DNA of 64,000 bases from the human T2T-CHM13v2.0 reference genome, Homo sapiens. A program made the translations under genes and the position numbers. Positions 14,221 to 31,596 of this stretch are shown here, piece after piece (the first letter of the stretch is position 1; each line of letters begins with the position of its first letter). The DNA lies in assembly GCF_009914755.1 (NCBI RefSeq), contig NC_060947.1. The stretch is one strand, 5' to 3'. The notes beneath the pieces are model-generated. The model was not told the DNA's origin, ran no database searches, and was given only the letters and a program-made list of their open reading frames with translations.

Positions 14221-14580
14221 TGATATGGTTTGGTTGTGTCCCCACCCAAATCTCATCTTGAGTTGTAGCTCCCACAATTTCCACCTGTCATGGGAGGAAA
14301 CTGGTGGGAGGTGATTGAATTATGGGGGTGGGTCTTTCCCATGTTGTTCTTGTGATAGTGAATAAGTCTCATGAGAGCTGACGGTTTTATAAAGGGGAGT
14401 TTCCCTGCACAAGTTCTTTTCTCTTGTCTGCTGCCATGTGAGATGTGCCTTTCACCTTTGCCATGATTGTGAGGCCTCCCGAGCCACGTGGAACTGTGTG
14501 GGTCCATCAAACTTCTTTGTTTTGTAAATTGTACAGTCTCTGGTATGACTTTATCAGCAGTGTGAAAACAGACTAATACT
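14221..14580 (+). mobile_element. THE1 (MaLR) solo LTR
   Basis: tgatatggtttgg...gaaaacagactaatac; 5-bp TSD tccgc/tctgc (one CpG decay). Confidence 0.92.
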
Positions 14581-15397
14581 TCTGCTAAATACAGAAGGTG
14601 GCTAGGATAAAGGTAATCAAAGGTTCCTATACTGACAGTTAAGTGAGGGCTATATTGAACCCCACCCCTACCATCCTAAAGTGATCTTTTTCTATGCCCA
14701 AATAAAAATGAGTGCCTCATAATGCACTGGGGATCTGGGCTGCTTCTCAAACAACAAACATAGCCTTTCCAATCTCAAAAAGAAAGAAGCTATGGTAGAT
14801 AACACCTCTGCAGTTTGGCTAGAGACTGTAGGAGCCAATCATCTCTACTAGAATTGTGATGAGGGTCCACATCACTTTGGGACACTGAGTCTTTCTGTCA
14901 CTGCCAACCCAGAACTGACAGACTGAACATAACAAAGTCATGTTTTCTTAGAGGCAAAGAGTAGAAAATATGAAGTCAACTGTGTGGGGTGGGAGAATTT
15001 AAGATACCTGAAGAGTGGCTCCCTATGTTGGGCTTAAGACCCTGAAGTGTCTACTTGTTGGCTTCCCTTTCAAAATGGACTATTTTTCATGACAGTATTA
15101 TTCATGGCTTGTACTGACTGCAGCAGTGTAAGAAAAAGAACATGAATAGTCACACCCTGTCTGTGTACTCTAGCAGTGCCCCAGGAACCACAAGACAACT
15201 CCTTTTCTCAGACTCAAGAAGTCTTCTGTGAGTATCCCAAGAGATTTTCTTACCCTCTCCCCAGAAACAGGAATGCAGAGCCTTGGGACTTGGGCCTGGG
15301 CCATGCCATGCCTCAGATCGCAGTAAGTTAATGGCAAAGTTAAAACTCAAAATCAGACTATTTTTGCTGAATAATCAACCATGGCCACTTTTCCTAC

Positions 15398-15602
15398 TAG
15401 TGGTTCTGAACTGGTGGCAGCACCATTTCCCACACCTCTTCACCTCCACACACACAATGGACATTTGGAAATGTGTGCAGCATTTGGGGTTGTTACAATG
15501 ACTAAAAGTAAAGATGTTACTGACATTAATACCGAGAGGTCTGCAATGCACTAGCCACTCCTGCATTACAAAATGCCAACAATGTCCCATTAAGAATCAC
15601 TA
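15398..15602 (+). mobile_element. MER20-like hAT MITE
   Basis: agtggttctgaac...ggacatttggaaatgt...ggttgttacaatgact...aagaatcact. Confidence 0.55.
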
Positions 15603-15919
15603 CAGGTCTATACCAGGTTGTGTCCATTCAGAAAAAAGAGAGAGTTATGGCTAGGTCTATACCAGGTTGTGTCCACTTAGAAAAAAATACAGGGTTATGG
15701 CTGTATCCTGTCTCCCTCTTTGCCTCAGAATAAAGCATGGAGAATTGAGGGGTAGGGTGATTAGAGACCTTGGCTCCAGTTCTAGCTCTGGAATTATATC
15801 GTTGTGTGACCTTAGACAAGACTTCCTGTCCAGACCTCAGTGACCTGGTCTGTAAAATAGTGGTTTAGTCAAGAGGGTCAGCAAGAGCTCTTCCAATTAG
15901 ACATTTTGCTCCTTTTTCT

Positions 15920-16095
15920 TTCAGAGTATGGTCCAGAGACCACCTGAGAAGCTGTTTGTTAACAATTCAGATTCCTGAACCCTATCACAGACTTGCTAAA
16001 TCAGAATTTATGAACGTAGGCCACTGGGATCTGTATTCACCACTCACTCCCATCCCTGGTAATTCTGAAATACAAAATGTTTGAGAACCAGGATT
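15920..16095. mobile_element. MER5-type hAT MITE
   Basis: cagattcctgaacccta...gctaaatcagaa...tttgagaacca. Confidence 0.65.
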
Positions 16096-16943
16096 CTAGT
16101 ATTCTAAATGTTAGAACTGTACCTGATCAGCTAGCAAATAGAGCATAAAGGGATGGTTTCCACCTCCCATTCAGAGGTGCAGCAGCATTTGTGTGATGGT
16201 AGGCCTGTCCCCACCAAAGCTTCACCACTGCATTCAATGCCCTTTGCAGGCTCCTTGCGATTGCTGAGGCATATGGGAGGGAAGACAGAGTCAGCTCAGG
16301 GATTGGAACTGGTAGAGGCAGAGGGTCTCCAAGGGAGCAGTCTGGCTTTTAAGACTGCAAGATTTACTGCTCTGACAACAGAGAGGAGACAGCCTACTCC
16401 TATTACAGCTGCCCACCCAGCACCTGCCTTCTCAAGCAACTGCCTCTGTCGAAGCTGTAAGTTCAAGCTATATGTTCCTATTGCTGCTAATTAAAGAACT
16501 TCTGCACTTAGTCTAAGCACTTCCTCTGTAGCCTGTCTCCTCACACAACTCCAGTGGCTTTCTCTCTATTCCGGTGCAGTGAATAGAGTCAGCAGCAAAC
16601 ATATTGTGTACAACACACCCAGAGTGCATTGATGAGTCATAGAGTGCTTTGCTCTTCCATTCAACAACCCAAAGTTGAAGACCTCCAACAATGTTCAAAA
16701 CCAAAAGGCAAATACATGGAATTCAGTCTGGCTAGTTTGGTGGAGGGTGTTTGAGCTTGGAAATGAATGGATAAATAAAGTGGCAGACAGATTGCTTTTA
16801 TTCACTGTGAGGAAGATGCAGGTGTTGTGTTCCAGGGAAGCTTTGAAGATTTATTATCTGGCATACTAGATGACCTTCAGGCCGACAGGCCATTGGTAAT
16901 CACCCTTCTAAATAATGCAAAATATGTTGGCACAAAGAAACAG

Positions 16944-16944
<1 letters not shown>

Positions 16945-16979
<35 letters not shown>

Positions 16980-16992
16980 TGCACACACACAT
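16945..16992. repeat. (CA)n microsatellite
   Basis: Direct reading. Confidence 0.95.
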
Positions 16993-18194
16993 TTATTTAT
17001 TAAAAACTCACTGTTTTCTCAGTGATTCTCAGGGATCATAAGTCACCAAAAGAGAATGGAGGAAGGTTAGAAGTTAATTGTCAAACTAGTGTCCCAATTT
17101 AGGGTGTACTCTCTCTTTCATGGAGAGCAATCTTTCTGAGTTTAATTTGCTAAAAGCGATGACATATAAGATGAGAGACAGTTGGTTCCAAGATGGCCAA
17201 ATAGGAACAGCTCCGGTCTGCAGCTCCTAGCGTGACCAATGCAGAAGACGGGTGATTTCTGCATTGCCAACTGAGGTACCTGGTTCATCTCACTGGGACT
17301 GTTTGGAAAGTGGGTGCAGCCAACAGAGGGTGAGCCGAAGCAGGACATGGCAACGCCTCACTCAGGAAGTACAAGGGGTCAGGGGATTTCCCTTTCCTAG
17401 CCAAGGGAAGCTGTGACAGGCTATACCAGAAAAATTGGGACACTGCCACCTAAACACTGTGCTTTTCCAATGGTCTTAGCAAACGGCACACCAGGAGATT
17501 ATATCCTGCGCCTGGCTCAGTGGGTCCCACGACCATAAAGCCTTGCTCACTGCTGGTCTGAGATCGAACTGCAAGGTGGCAAGCCTGGCTGGGGGAGGGG
17601 TGTCCACCATTGCTGAGGCTTGAGTAAGTAAACAAAGCAGCCAGGAAGCTCGAACTGGGTGGAACCCACCATAGCTCAACAAGGCCCACCTGCCTCTGTA
17701 GACCCCACCTCCGGGGGCAGGGCATAGCTGAACAAAAGGCAGCAGCAACTTCTGCAGACTTAAAAGTCCCTGTCTGACAGCTCTGAAGAGAGCAGTGGTT
17801 CTCCCAGCACAGTGTTTGAGCTCTGAGAATGGACGGACTGCTGCCTCAAGTGGGTCCCTGAACCCCATGTAGTGTAACTTGGAGACACCTCCCAGTAGGG
17901 GCCAACTGACATTTCATACAGCCTGGTTCACCTCTGAGATTGAAGCTTCCAGAGGAAGGATCAGGCAGCAATATTTGCTGTTCTGCAGCCTCTGCTGGTG
18001 AAACCCAGGCAAACAGGGTCTGGAGTGGACCTCCAGCAAACTCCAACAGACCTGCAGCTGAGGAACTTGACTGTTAGAAAGAAAACTAACAAACAGAAAA
18101 TAATAGCATCAACATCAACAAGAAGGACATCCACACCATAATCCCATCTGTAGGTCACCTATGTCAAAGACCAAAGCTAGATAAAACCACAAAG

Positions 18195-19218
18195 ATGGGG
18201 AGAAACCAGAGCAGAAAAGCTGAAAATTCTAAAAACCAGAGTGCCCCTTCTCCTCCAAAGGATCACACCTCCTCACCAGCAATGGAACAAAGCAGGACAG
18301 AGAATGACTTTGATGAGCTGACAGAAGTAGGCTTCAGAAAGTTGGTAATAACAAACTTCTCCGAGCTAAAGCAGGATGTTCAAACCCATCGCAAGGAAGC
18401 TAAAAACCTTGAAAAAATACTAGATGAATAGCTAACTAGAATGAACAGTGTAGAGAATACCTTAAATGACCTGATGGAGCTGAAAACCATGGCATGAGAA
18501 CTACGTGACACATGCACAAGCTTCTGTAGACGATTCGATCAAGTGGAAGAAAGGGCATCAGTGATTGAAGATCAAATGACTGAAATGAAGTGAGAAGAGA
18601 AGTTTAGAGAAAAAAGAGTAAAAAGAAATGAATAAAGTCTCCAAGAAATATGGGACTATGTCAAAAGACCAAATCTACATCTGAGTGGTGTACCTGAAAG
18701 TGACGGGGAGAATGGAACCAAGCTGGAAAACACTCTGCAGGATATTATCCAGGAGAACTTCCCCAACCTAGCAAGGCAGGCCAACATTCAAATTCAGGAA
18801 ATACAAAGAACACCACAAAGATACTCCTCGAGAAGAGCAACCCCGAGATACATAATTGTCAGATTCACCAAGGTTGAAATGAAGGAAAAAATGCTAAGGG
18901 CAACCAGAGAGAAAGGTCAGGTTACCCACAAAGGAAAGCACATCAGATTACAGCGGATCTCTCGGCAGAAACCCTACAAGCCAGAAGGGAGTGGGGGCCA
19001 ATATTCAACATCTTAAAGAAAAGAATTTTCATCCCAGAATTTCATATCCAGGCAAACTAAACTTCATAAGTGAAGGAGAAATAAAATCCTTTACAGACAA
19101 ACAAATGCTGAGAGATTTTGTCACCACCAGGCCTCCCTTACAAGAGCTCCTGAAGGAAGCATTAAACATGGGAAGGAAAAACTGGTACCAGCCACTGCAA
19201 AAACATGCCAAATTGTAA
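18195..19218 (+). pseudogene. L1 ORF1p, disrupted by stops and a frameshift
   Basis: MGRNQSRKAENSK... stops at 18431; C-terminal piece RISYPGKLNFISEGEIKSF...QKHAKL. Confidence 0.93.
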
Positions 19219-19281
19219 AGACCATAGACGCTAGGAAGAAACTGCATCAACTAACAGGCAATATAACCAGCTAACATCATA

Positions 19282-23124
<3,843 letters not shown>

Positions 23125-25142
23125 GGACACTTGGACACAGGGTGGGGAACATCACACACTAGGGTCTGTTCTGGGGTGGGGGGATGGGGGAGGGATAGCA
23201 TAGGAGAAATACCTAATGTAAATGACGAGTTAATGTGTGCAGCAAACCAACACGGCACATGTATACCTATGTAACAAACCTGCACGTTGTGCACATGAAC
23301 CCTAGAACTTAAAATATAATTTAAAAAATAAAAAAAAAATGAGAGACAGTTATAAATAAAATTAAATATATCAATATATCTCCCCTGTGGTATTTCTTAA
23401 AAATTAGCATTGCTTCCCCTTCCACTGCCCTCCTCCAAGGAGAAAAATAATTGGTAACGTAGGGTTTATCGTTTCTGGCCAATCGCAACAATTCCTGCTC
23501 AGGGCAAATGTCAAAGAATCATTGCTCATTATTCAATAGTTCGATGTGAATATTTAATTACAAATAAGTAATTCATTAAGAGTAAAAGATAAGTCAAAAC
23601 AAAGGCCAAAAGACAATGCATTGTCAGTAAGGAAAGGCCCATTTTACACCTGTTGGAATGTCATTAATCTTCCCTGACAGGAAGAAAGTAGTTTTGTACC
23701 TGACAGACTTGATAAATGTGCAAACATCAGTCCTACATTTTAAAATCAATATGGAATGTTTTTCATGGCAAATCCAGATCAAGCTGGCATACCAAACACA
23801 TCGCATTACAATCAACATGTAGACTAAATGTTTAAATGAGTTCCAGGGGGCAAATTAAAATTACGAGAGAGAAGGTAAGAGTGAGACAATGGTGATAAAA
23901 GGAAAATGGACTTGGCTTGGTTCAAATAAACTTTTCTCTAATAAAAACGATCTGGGATGTGAACGGGACCTGTTATGACAGACAGCAATAAAATGCAGGC
24001 AAGAACTGAGCAAGCATTTAGTGAGAGCTCTTTATGGATAGCATGCAATTTGGGGCTGAAAGTGTGAACTATGAATCAGAATCATACACAGTTATAGGCA
24101 CAAAAGCACTAACATAATGGAGGAATCCTCCAGGTTAGAGATACCCAGCTACAGCTTTTATTTTACCTGGATCAATTTATTAACTAAGCATGAACAATTA
24201 CCAAGAATCCTGGAGAGTCACTGGTGAACAGAACACTGTCCTTGCCCACAAGGAGCTCAGAGAAGAGTAAATAAGATAGAGATATATATGTGGAAAACTA
24301 CAGTACCGTGCAACAAGTGCTGTGACTGAAGGAGGTACAAGTATTGTTGGACCAAAGAGCAGAGGCACCAAGTCCAACCTTTCTGGAGGAGAATCCAGGA
24401 AGCTTTCCTAGAGAAAGGCAGAATTATGTCACAACTTTGAGCCAGGTTCTGAAGTCAGATAGCCCGGAGTTCACATCCAGGTTTTGCCAATTGCTAGTTA
24501 TGTATGACTTTGATCAACTCACTAATTTCTGTGAGCCTTGGTTAACTCATTTCCAAAATGAGAACAGTGATAGGACCTACCTCATAGGCACGTGCAGATT
24601 AAATGAACATCCCATGAAAAGCACTCAAAACCCTTTCTGTCCTCCAAAAATTGTTTAGAAAATAAAAGAGAATATATTTATTCATTCTCTTCTTTTTAAA
24701 GCAATGGGTACTATAGACAGTAAGGAGATGTTGTGCGAATGCACAAGTTTATTTCCATAAGGATATTAAAAGGGAATGATTTTTTCCACAGCGGGATAAA
24801 AAAGGAGTGATTTTTTTTTTGGAAGTCTTGCACTGAACTTGCTCAGTCAGCTCTGGAAAACCAATCCCACAACTGCTACTGACACCTGCTACTGTTTGTT
24901 TTACTAAAGCTGGCTCCTACACCTGAGCCTTAGAGGAAGCTGGTCATTAAACGCACATTCATGTGCACGCACACATATGCACATGGTACGCACACACACA
25001 TCTACCTTCTCCTGGGCCTTGTGTTAAGTTCTTTCATGTATTTTCTCTTATCAAATCTTCACACCAAACTTGAGAGAAAATTGTTGCTCTCCCCCATTTA
25101 CAGATGAAGAATAGGAAGCTCAGAGAGATTGACTAACTTGCC

Positions 25143-25551
25143 GTACTGGTTAATTTTGTGTGTCAACTTGACTGGGCCATGGGGTGGCCAGATATTTGGT
25201 CAAACATTATTCTGGGTGTTTCTGTGAAGCTGTTTTTGGATTAGATTGACATTTTAATCAGTAAAACAAATTGCCCTCCATAATGTGAGTGGGTCTTATC
25301 CAATCAGTTGAAGTTCTAAATAGAACAAATAGACCAACCTCACCTCCGTAAGAGAGAATTCTCCAGCAGACTATCTTCAGACTTCATCTATATCACTGAA
25401 TTTCCTGGGTATCAAATCTGCCAGTCTAAGCCAAGATTTGGGCTTGCCAGCCTCCATAATTTTATGAGCCAGTTCTTTTTAATAAATAAATGTGTGTTTG
25501 TGTGTGCGCGTGTGTGTGGTGTTCTGTTTCTTTGGAAAATGCTCAGTAATA
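25143..25551 (+). mobile_element. MLT2 (ERVL) solo LTR inserted in a MIR
   Basis: ggttaattttgtgtgtcaacttgactgggcca...ggttctgtttctttggaaaatgctcagtaataca. Confidence 0.82.
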
Positions 25552-26234
25552 CAGTCACATTTTCTATTTTATTAAATTATTTTAAAAGTTATGTAAGATT
25601 TAAATATTATTATTCACATTTAACAGACAAAACAGTGAGGTATAGAGAGACTAACTTACCAAAAACCACAGATAACCACACATTTTCCCATGGCCAGGCT
25701 GATTCAATATGCCGTTTAAAATGTTACCAGTGGCTAAAAAATGTTACCAGTGGTTTTAGGTTGTAGCAGCATCCAGCCAAAGCCCTAACGTCCTTTGAAG
25801 GACATGGCACAGCACACACAAACATGTAAATCAGGCTATCAAATGCAAATAGAGGCATCAAGTTGGGAGTACACTTCGGTGTTCACAAAAGGTACCTCCT
25901 TATCCAGTATGCATTTCTCCAATTGGAAAGCCTGCTCTGCATAGCAAAGATAGACTTTCAGCAAATTCAGTTTTTCTTCGGTGATGAAACTCTGGGTTTA
26001 GAAAACTCTTTTCCATTTCTTGTCAATGGCTGGCAGCCCTGGGTTAAATTTGGCTTTCTATGAAGCTACTAAATGAAAAGCATATCAGAGAACACTGGAC
26101 AGAAAAGTGGAGTCCCAGAGCACAGGCAGAAAGGTTCAGGTGATAGACATGGATGGATTTAGTTGAGGAGTGGAATGGCCTCAGATTTTCTGGCGGAATG
26201 TTTTTTCATCCAACATTTATCAAAAACCTATGCT

Positions 26235-26340
26235 GCTGATGGTTACCCTAAACACCCAGACTTCAGGACTGCAAAATAGATCCATGTAATAAAATTGCAC
26301 TTGTACCCTTTAAATTTATACAAATAATTTTCTTAAAAAA
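26235..26340 (+). mobile_element. Very short L1 3' end (L1PA15-16/L1PB-like) inside L2
   Basis: atccatgtaataaaattgcacttgtacccttt...A-tail; TSD-like aaaaacctatgct/aagaacctatgtt. Confidence 0.7.
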
Positions 26341-28463
26341 AGAACCTATGTTATGCTAGGCATGGGAAATCCAAAGACAAATAAGATGTATCACTGTTTT
26401 TGAGTAATTAATAATCTAGTATGTATCACAAGATGACCGGGAATTCCTTCATCTGTACAACAAACTTACTAATCGCCAATGATGTTTCAAGGCCATGTGC
26501 TAACTGCTGGACATGGAGTGGTGAGTAAATTCATGTACTATAGGCTCCCAGCACTAATGAGGCTCACAGTCTACCACTATATCTGCCCTCAAATCATCAG
26601 AGTGGGAAGGAAGCCCTAGAGCCCTGCCGCCACCCTCTTCCCAATCTCCTTGAGTTGAGCTCTTCTGAAACAACGTATTGTGTTTCTCTATTAGATTCTG
26701 AATTCACTCCCTTTGTCAGGAACATAACCCTGTGACTGTGGAGAGATTACTGTATTTTCAGTTATACAAAGTCTAACGCTTTTGGGAAAAAAATAAGATG
26801 GACAGACACTATACTCAGACATGTAATCTTCTCAGCCAGGATGCAAGGCAGCCAGAGTGCAGTAATGGCCATCCATCTTCCCTAGCCCAACCCAAGAACA
26901 AACAATCTTCTCTAAAGCTTAAAGGCCTGAGAACAATTTACAGGGAACGTCTGCACTTGCTTTCTCTCCCCTACCCTATTCAGTGAAAGGCAATTCTGAT
27001 GTGCAGAGAGGCTTCTACTAAGTAGATAATACAGCCACATTTTTCAAAAGGCCTGCCATGGCTTTTTATCCTCCACAGCATCTAATATCTGTAAAACACT
27101 TTAGATTAAAATGAATATAAAAAAAACAGCCTTACTCAGCACTTCCTTTGCTCTGCAGGTCAGGGAGTAGGATGAGAACAAGCCTCAGGGCTTTTAGGTT
27201 CACACTGGGATTCCCCTTCCAGATACCCCCCACCCTGCCCTTCACCGGCCAATAGCAAATAAGAAGTAGCACTGGCTTTGGAGTTGGGCATACCATTGAC
27301 CTGTTGTTGAGCTTGGGAAGTCACTTCACCTCTCTGAGCCTCAATTTCCTTATGTTGATACTGGGAATAATAATCCTTCTCCCTCTCCCCATAGGATTAT
27401 AATGATAATTAAATAAGATGACATATATAAAAGATTTGATACACAGTGGACACTCAACTGACAGATGTCCATCCTCTTCATGTCTCCCATCCCTGAAGAC
27501 AGCCTGAGAGCAGATCCCTTCTCAAGGCTTACACTCTTGTTTTGACCTGTACTTACTTACTACTTCTCAATTCTTCATGTAACTAGGGAATTCCTCCTGA
27601 CCTTCCTTTAGGTATTTCCTGCTTCATTCTGGTTTCCATTTTTGTTGTTAATTAGGAAGTAAGATATTCATGCAATATTAGTGCAACCCAATCAAAATGA
27701 GCACATTCTGTCATCATTGAGAATCTGCATAATTTAACTGATGCAAATCCTCCAATAATAGGAAAGTTTCATGTTGCATATGAAAAAAAATCTCTGATAA
27801 TTAGCATCTTCTTGTCATCACTGTGTTCCGGCAGGCTGTCTGAATGGCTTAGGTCAGGGATTGGCAGCACTCCAAAGCCTCAGTCTGTTAGGAGTTCAGG
27901 CCTTTCAGTAGGTTGAAAGGAGGTAATTTAGGAAGGAGGAGAACTTTCAGCACTTCTCATGTCATACCACGTTGAGTGGCCTAAAAATTGCCACCCTCTG
28001 TGCAGAAAGCTCAAAAACATTTTCCGGTCACCATCTCTCCCCCAGTCAAACTTGCTTGCTTCATCTATTAAACTGGCATGTCTGTTGCTACCTTACTGTG
28101 TGACTTGGGAAACTCTCCTCACTTCTCTTTGTGCCAAACTTCTCTTAATTGAATAATCTGGAGAAGGGCCAGAAGAAATCTGGAATGTACTGGATTTGGA
28201 TTATTTCATTGTCCTCATCTCCACTCACCACTAACATCAAAAAACTCTCTAGGTAACTTAAACGGCAGCAATACAGGTCTTTATTGGCAGGATATCAGGG
28301 TGATTGCAGATTCAATGGGAGGCTGTAGACCTAGGTTAGGAAAGAGACTGGAACCTGGTGAGAAGTTATTTGGGCTCAGGGTGCTGCTGCTTGCATGGAT
28401 CAATCCCAGTCATATATATTTTGTCTTTGGATCAGTCTTTGTAAGACTGAAAGTGCTGGGATG

Positions 28464-29670
28464 CAAAAGCAAATGCAATAAAAACAAAGATAAATAGCTG
28501 GGACCTAATTAAACTAAAGAGCTTTTGCATGCCAGAAGGAACAGTCAACAGAGTAAACAGACAACCCACAGAGTGAGAGAAAATCTTCACAATCTATATA
28601 TCTAACAAAGGACTAATGTCCAGAATCTACAATGAACTCAAACAAATCAGTAAGAAAAAACAAACAATTCCATCAAAAAGTGGGCTAAGGACATGAATAG
28701 ACAATTCTCAAAAGAAGATATACAAATGGCCAACAAACATGAAAAAATGCTCAACATCACTAATGATCAGGGAAATGCAAATCAAAACCACAATGTGATA
28801 CCACCTTACTCCTGCAAGAATAGCTATAATAATAAAAAAACAAGAACAACAACAACAGTAGATGTTGGCATGGATGCAGTGATCAGGGAACACTTCCACA
28901 CTGCAGGTGGGAATGTAAACTAGTACAGCCACTATGGAAAACAGTGTGGAGATTTTTTAAAGATCTAGAAGTAGAACTACCATTTGATCCAGAAATCCCA
29001 CTACTGGGTATCTACCCAGAGGAAAATAAGTCATTATTCGAAAAAGATCCTTGCATGTGCATGTTTATAGCAGCACAATTCACAATTGCAAAATCATGGA
29101 ACCAACCCAAATGTCCATCAATCAATGAGTGAATAAAGAAACTGAGATATATACATGATATATATGATATACACATATATCTACATATGTATATAGATGT
29201 ACATCTATATACGTATACAGATATACATATATATGAGATATATATATATATATATATATATGTATGATACACACACACACACACACACAATGGAATACTA
29301 CTCAGCCATAAAAAGTAATTAATTAACAGCATTTGCAGTGACCTGGATGAGACTGGAGACCATTACTCTAAGTAACTCAGGAATGGAAAACCAAATGTCA
29401 TATGTTCTCACTGATATATGGAAGCTAAGCTATGAGGATGCAAAGGCATAAGAATAATACAATGAACTGTGGGGACTTGGGGGGAAGAGTGGGAGGTGGA
29501 CGAGAGATAAAAGGCTACAAATATGGTGCAGTGTATACTGCTCGGGTGATGGGTGCACCAAAATCTCACAAATCACCATTAAAGAATTTACTCATGTAAC
29601 GAAATACCACCTGTACCCCGATAACTTATGGAAAAAAATTAAAAAATAAAAAATAAATAAACAAATTAAA
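28464..29670 (+). mobile_element. 5'-truncated L1PB (L1PB1-like) with internal (TA)n/(CA)n at 29148-29289
   Basis: ORF2 C-terminus ([15 protein letters not shown]); 3'UTR aagctaagctatgaggatgcaaaggcataaga; TSD gaaagtgctgggatg. Confidence 0.9.
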
Positions 29671-29679
29671 GGAAAGTGC

Positions 29680-30222
<543 letters not shown>

Positions 30223-31184
30223 CTAGCTGTCTGCATTTAAGCCACCTGGATAGACTGGGGCATTTGGAGCAAAGGCAGGACAGAAGGAAGCTTCAGGCAG
30301 CTTTTTGAGTTCCACAGTGAGAAGGAAGGCTTCCCTGATCATCTCTGCAACTTCAAATAGCTTGATTAAGCTATTCTATTTATTAATGTATTAACAAAAA
30401 CAAAATCTCTTGGCTTTCTACTTTGTTGGTTAAGATGAGGGGCCTGAACCTTCCCTTATCTCCTCACCCCCTTCCTCCAGCTGTGTCAGCTTGTTTCTTC
30501 ACTTTTGATATTGTCAAGGTAGTTAAGGTTTATGCTTTGTCTTGTAATCATGAGAAAAAGAAAAAAGAAGGAAAAAAGGAAAAAATTCTTTTTATTTATT
30601 AAAAGTTTCTTATTATCTTCTATTTTTAAAGGCACTGTTGTGTTTAGTCATTCCTCTATTCCTCCTAGTTAGTCTTTGCTTTTCAAATGATTATTTTCTT
30701 TTATTTGTAATTCTTTCATAAGTTCTGTCACTTTCTTTCTGAACATTTTAAATCATGATATATATTGTTCTTTCACATATTGTTTCATTTTTTAATATCT
30801 TGTAGCTTGTTTAAAATAATAAGTTATGATTTTGATCTGTTTTGTGGGCATGTCTTTCTGGCATGCTTTCATCGTCTCTGGGATGTTATGCTTCTTTTTT
30901 CATATAATAACTTTGTATGAGATTTGGCTCTGATAAACTTTGGTTTGCTCATTTCTATGTTAGATTAATTTTATGTTGTTTGGTGAAGTAGTCACAAATA
31001 TAGTGGCTGGCTTTCTGAGAATCCCTGGCTTTCTCCTCTCTCTTATTTTGATCTGAAACCTTTTACCTTTGTCTCTGTTGTCCTTCTTCTGGTCAATTTT
31101 GATTCCCCCACCATCGATTTTAAAGCCCTGGCCAATCATGTGGAGAGTTCCTAGGAGTTATACTGCCTCAGTCTCTTTAGTAGT

Positions 31185-31596
31185 TGATATGGTTTGGCTC
31201 TGTGTCCACACCCAAATCTCATGTCAAACTGTAATTCCCACATGTTAGGGGAGGGAACTGGTGGGAGGCTATTGGATCATGGGGTCAGTTTTCCCCATGC
31301 TGTTTTCATGATAGTGAGTGAGTTGTCACGAGATCTGATGATTTAAAAGTATGTGGCAATTCCCCCCTCACTCTTTCTTTCCTGCCACCATGTAAGACGT
31401 TTTTCTTCCCCTTCACCTTCCACCATGATTGTTATACGTATTGTGATACGAAGAAGTTATACGATCTTCACCTTCCACCATGATTGTAAGTTTCCTCCCC
31501 AGCCATGCAGACCTCTGAGTCAATTAAACCTCTTTTCTTTATAAATTACCCAGTCTTGGGTGGTTCTTTATAGCAGTGTGAAAACAGACTAATACA
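31185..31596 (+). mobile_element. MSTA-like (MaLR) solo LTR
   Basis: tgatatggtttggctctgtgtc...aaacagactaataca; perfect TSD gtagt. Confidence 0.9.

Noticed and set aside
25718-25753. 20-bp tandem duplication (similar ones at 41457-41493 and 22774-22790)
   Set aside because: Ordinary slippage-scale duplications.
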